A stretch of 46,312 bases of DNA from Thalassavirus gary (lineage: Duplodnaviria > Heunggongvirae > Uroviricota > Caudoviricetes > Demerecviridae), in IMG/VR virus record IMGVR_UViG_2974784677_000001, one strand, 5' to 3'. Below are positions 43,575-46,312 of the stretch, one piece after another. The position numbers and the translations under genes are program-made. The notes below the pieces were generated by a model. The model worked only from the letters and a program-made list of their open reading frames with translations. It was not told the DNA's origin and made no database searches. The stretch's first letter is position 1, and the number at the start of each line of letters is the position of its first letter.

Positions 43575-44930
43575 TTATACTTTAAAATCTAGTAACTTAG
43601 CAAATGAGTTTTTGTTTAAAGCTACTAGTTTTGGTATAGTCATTGGAATACATTGCCAACCGTTCTTACCATAGATAGAAGTACGAGCACGTCTGTGTCT
43701 AGTACCAGTCCATCCGTTTAATTTTGAATCAACAAGAATAGGATCTAGCTTACCTTCTGCCTGTCTCATAATACGACCTGCTAGCTGTTCTACTAGAGAT
43801 TCATTGTCTCCGATAGGGCTACCTAGAATCATACAGGACAACTCGTTTTGTGAAATACCTTCCGAGAATATATTTTGACTTGCACAGAATAAGTCTAGCT
43901 TTCCGTCAGACATATCTTTCTGTAGCTGAACACGGTCTTCTGTAGCAGTTTCTCCAATAAACAACGCTGAACGACCTTTTGCATGTTCATGTATATATTT
44001 TAAAAATTCTATTCTATCACTAACGACGATGACTTTGTGACCCATACTTATATAACAATTTGTGAGAGCAAGCATATGCTTACGATACACAGGATTCTCC
44101 ATAACAGCATTCACTTTGTTAGCCCAAGGAATCATCTGATTACCAGATATTTCAACATCGGTATCATATAAGTGAATTGTTGGGGCAATGGTGTTAGCCA
44201 CTTCTGGAATGAATACCTTCATACCGAAGAAGTCCTTGAACAGACATTCCAAGCCGTCTTTACGTTTTAGTGTACCAGATAGACCAATCTTATATCTAGC
44301 CTTACTTTCCATTAGAAGCTTAGTAAATGTAGACGCAGGTGTGTGGTGCATCTCATCCACAATCATAAGACCAAATTGGTCTGCTAGCTTAACTCCATGT
44401 TTGGCTAGTGTTTGGATGTTCCCAATTGTAATTGGAGACTCATGGTCGAACATACCAGAACCGATAATGCCTGGCTCTATATCAAACCACTTACGCACCT
44501 CTGAAATCCACATATCACGGATTGCAGTTGTGGTACATACTACAAGAGTTTTCTGTCCTAGCTTCCATGCTAATGCTAGTGCTAGGATTGTCTTACCAAA
44601 TCCAGGCTTCGCATTAATAATACAAGAATCATCTGCTTCATCAAAGATTTCTTGCTGGTCTTCACGTAGTTTAAACTTAGGTTCTGGGAACGTCTCAGGC
44701 AGATTGGTACGTTTATCAATATACTCTACATCGTAACCTTGAAGTAAGTCTACGCGTGACACTGGTAGCCAGTAAGTTCCTCTGGCTACAAGACCATAGT
44801 GTAATACTAATTTAGGTATAGAAGTTTTCGAATGAGGCTCGAATACTTGGTAAGTAAGGTTCTTCTCCAAGCGTTCTCTTAACTTATCATCCGGCTTCAA
44901 ATACGCCTTGTTAGATAAAATAACTTTCAA
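43575..44930 (-). CDS. D10: D10 SF2 helicase
   Basis: AKPGFGKT, VDEMHH, LSGT, QLAGRIMR; TTG start. Confidence 0.95.
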   Translation of the reverse strand: MKVILSNKAYLKPDDKLRERLEKNLTYQVFEPHSKTSIPKLVLHYGLVARGTYWLPVSRVDLLQGYDVEYIDKRTNLPETFPEPKFKLREDQQEIFDEADDSCIINAKPGFGKTILALALAWKLGQKTLVVCTTTAIRDMWISEVRKWFDIEPGIIGSGMFDHESPITIGNIQTLAKHGVKLADQFGLMIVDEMHHTPASTFTKLLMESKARYKIGLSGTLKRKDGLECLFKDFFGMKVFIPEVANTIAPTIHLYDTDVEISGNQMIPWANKVNAVMENPVYRKHMLALTNCYISMGHKVIVVSDRIEFLKYIHEHAKGRSALFIGETATEDRVQLQKDMSDGKLDLFCASQNIFSEGISQNELSCMILGSPIGDNESLVEQLAGRIMRQAEGKLDPILVDSKLNGWTGTRHRRARTSIYGKNGWQCIPMTIPKLVALNKNSFAKLLDFKV

Positions 44931-45436
44931 AGTTTCTTCCTAGTTGTAGCCTTACGCTCACTAGATAATTCGTATAGATAGAAAGCACTACCTACTTGAA
45001 TATAGCCTACGTAATCTGCTACCTGCTCTGTCACGAATGCGACAGGCAAATTTGTCATTAATCTATAATAACCATTCCATGTTCTATCGGCACGTAAAAC
45101 TTTAGCATACTTAATGTGATAAAATTTGCTAGGCTTGTACCTAACTATAGTACCCTCCGCATCTATAAACCATCTTCTCTTACTATTTGCTAGCTGACTC
45201 AAGGATGTGAATCGTTCTCTTAATGGATACACCTTAAACTCTAGGTCTGTAAACCCTAGTAGCTTTGTTCTGCGCTCAGCATAGTTCCCTTCTAGTGAAG
45301 GGCAGTCTAAGATATACTCCCGATATTTAGAGGAGATGAGGATAAACTCCTCAAACTCCCGAATATCCTCGTACGCCCTTAGAGCGTACAGAGGAAAATT
45401 AGCTTGGAATGGTGTTATAGCCTTGAAGTTAAGCAT
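44927..45436 (-). CDS. Conserved T5-like hypothetical protein (169 aa)
   Basis: FPLYALR...GNYAERR...RWFIDAEG pattern; position between pol and D10; GGAGG RBS. Confidence 0.75.
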   Translation of the reverse strand: MLNFKAITPFQANFPLYALRAYEDIREFEEFILISSKYREYILDCPSLEGNYAERRTKLLGFTDLEFKVYPLRERFTSLSQLANSKRRWFIDAEGTIVRYKPSKFYHIKYAKVLRADRTWNGYYRLMTNLPVAFVTEQVADYVGYIQVGSAFYLYELSSERKATTRKKL

Positions 45437-45538
45437 AGAATATCACCTCCATCAGCCTACAGTTGGCATCAAATAAATGATGCCAAGTTTTTACCATTAT
45501 GAAATCCATGTCATAGCGTATCCTATATACGTACTGTA

Positions 45539-46312
45539 TCATGCAGCCAAGCCTACATCCTGTAGACTCTCTAGAACCCAATTGGCATGTTTAAAGATAG
45601 CTTCTTCCTTAGATTTCTCTGGGAACTCAACATTACCCTCTTTCATTTCTTCTAGCACGCTGAGAGCTTTTGATTGCATCTCATGGCTATCGTACACAGC
45701 AATGAATGGATATGCTTTGTCCATCTTACCACAAGAGTAGTCACGAGAACCACCATCTTCTGAGTCAGAGTCGATACCGATTGGACAACCTTTAATTGTC
45801 AATGGCTCATCATCCCAACCGTTGTAACGGAGTCCTTGTACGTTACGGTCAATTAGTTCATTGTACTCGTCTACCAAGTCTTCACGAACAACAGCGATAA
45901 TCGAGTCATGTACTAGACCGATAATCTCAACATCCATGCCTCTCGCCATGATTTCCTTATCCGCTTCCATTACCCCTACAAGTAGGCTATCAGATGATGC
46001 TGACTGGATAATAGCGTTAAATCCTGAACGAACTTCACCAGCAGCAACACCACGGTCAGAAGACTGGAAGTTACGTAGACGACGTTTACGACCGTAGAAG
46101 TTGTAAATGAAGCCATATTGACGAATCTGCTCATGGGACTGATTAATCCAACGTTTAAGTTGTGGGAACTTACGGAAGTAAGTACTAATGTGACCTTTCG
46201 CATCTTCAACAGTACAAGGAACAAATGGTTCACCAGTTTGCAGTGATTGTTCTAGCAATGCAATGTTTACAGACTCTGCAACAGATGCTGGACCACTACC
46301 ATACATGATACC
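45539..46312 (-). CDS. pol: DNA polymerase (family A), 3' part; continues beyond the window
   Basis: GIMYG (motif B end), GRKRR, NAIIQSASSD, LVHDSI (motif C). Confidence 0.93.
   Translation of the reverse strand, partial: GIMYGSGPASVAESVNIALLEQSLQTGEPFVPCTVEDAKGHISTYFRKFPQLKRWINQSHEQIRQYGFIYNFYGRKRRLRNFQSSDRGVAAGEVRSGFNAIIQSASSDSLLVGVMEADKEIMARGMDVEIIGLVHDSIIAVVREDLVDEYNELIDRNVQGLRYNGWDDEPLTIKGCPIGIDSDSEDGGSRDYSCGKMDKAYPFIAVYDSHEMQSKALSVLEEMKEGNVEFPEKSKEEAIFKHANWVLESLQDVGLAA

Noticed and set aside
36836-46312. Mobile introns, inteins or homing endonucleases in replication genes
   Set aside because: ORF sizes match uninterrupted T5 homologues and no HNH/LAGLIDADG insertion is visible in this part
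1-46312. tRNA genes, integrase or lysogeny functions
   Set aside because: No cloverleaf or recombinase motifs seen; the T5 tRNA cluster would lie outside this window

Overview
Late-gene/terminal arm of a lytic T5-like siphophage (Demerecviridae), reverse-complemented relative to the canonical T5 map. The host is probably Vibrio or a related gammaproteobacterium (inference only). Bases 1 to about 8.2 kb are the pre-early, first-step-transfer (FST) terminal-repeat region: a minus-strand operon of about 10 small genes, then A2, A1 and dmp. After it come the pb5-like receptor-binding protein (minus), terS, terL, nicking endonuclease, portal, a minimal decoration protein, protease, major capsid, head/tail completion proteins, tail tube, chaperones, tape measure, pb9/pb3/pb4/p132 baseplate and three lateral-fibre genes (plus). 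From 36.8 kb the converging replication module runs on the minus strand: dut, D15, D14, D13, D12, D11, D10 and the 3' part of the DNA polymerase. Highlights: (1) two mirror-image non-coding cassettes in the first-injected DNA, packed with host-protein sites (LexA boxes, DnaA boxes, sigma54 -24/-12 sites) and linked by a 31/32-bp inverted repeat; (2) an rRNA-operon-like hairpin+boxA antitermination leader on the A2-A1-dmp operon; (3) a second, truncated HK97-fold capsid paralogue inside the tail operon, behind a terminator/antiterminator switch; (4) a +1 (TTT CGA) rather than -1 frameshift candidate in the tail chaperones; (5) a decoration protein lacking its Ig domain while a similar Ig domain sits on the tail tube; (6) no llp gene. 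No tRNA, CRISPR array or integrase was seen. All family assignments come from visible motifs, recalled T5 proteins and synteny; no database search was run.
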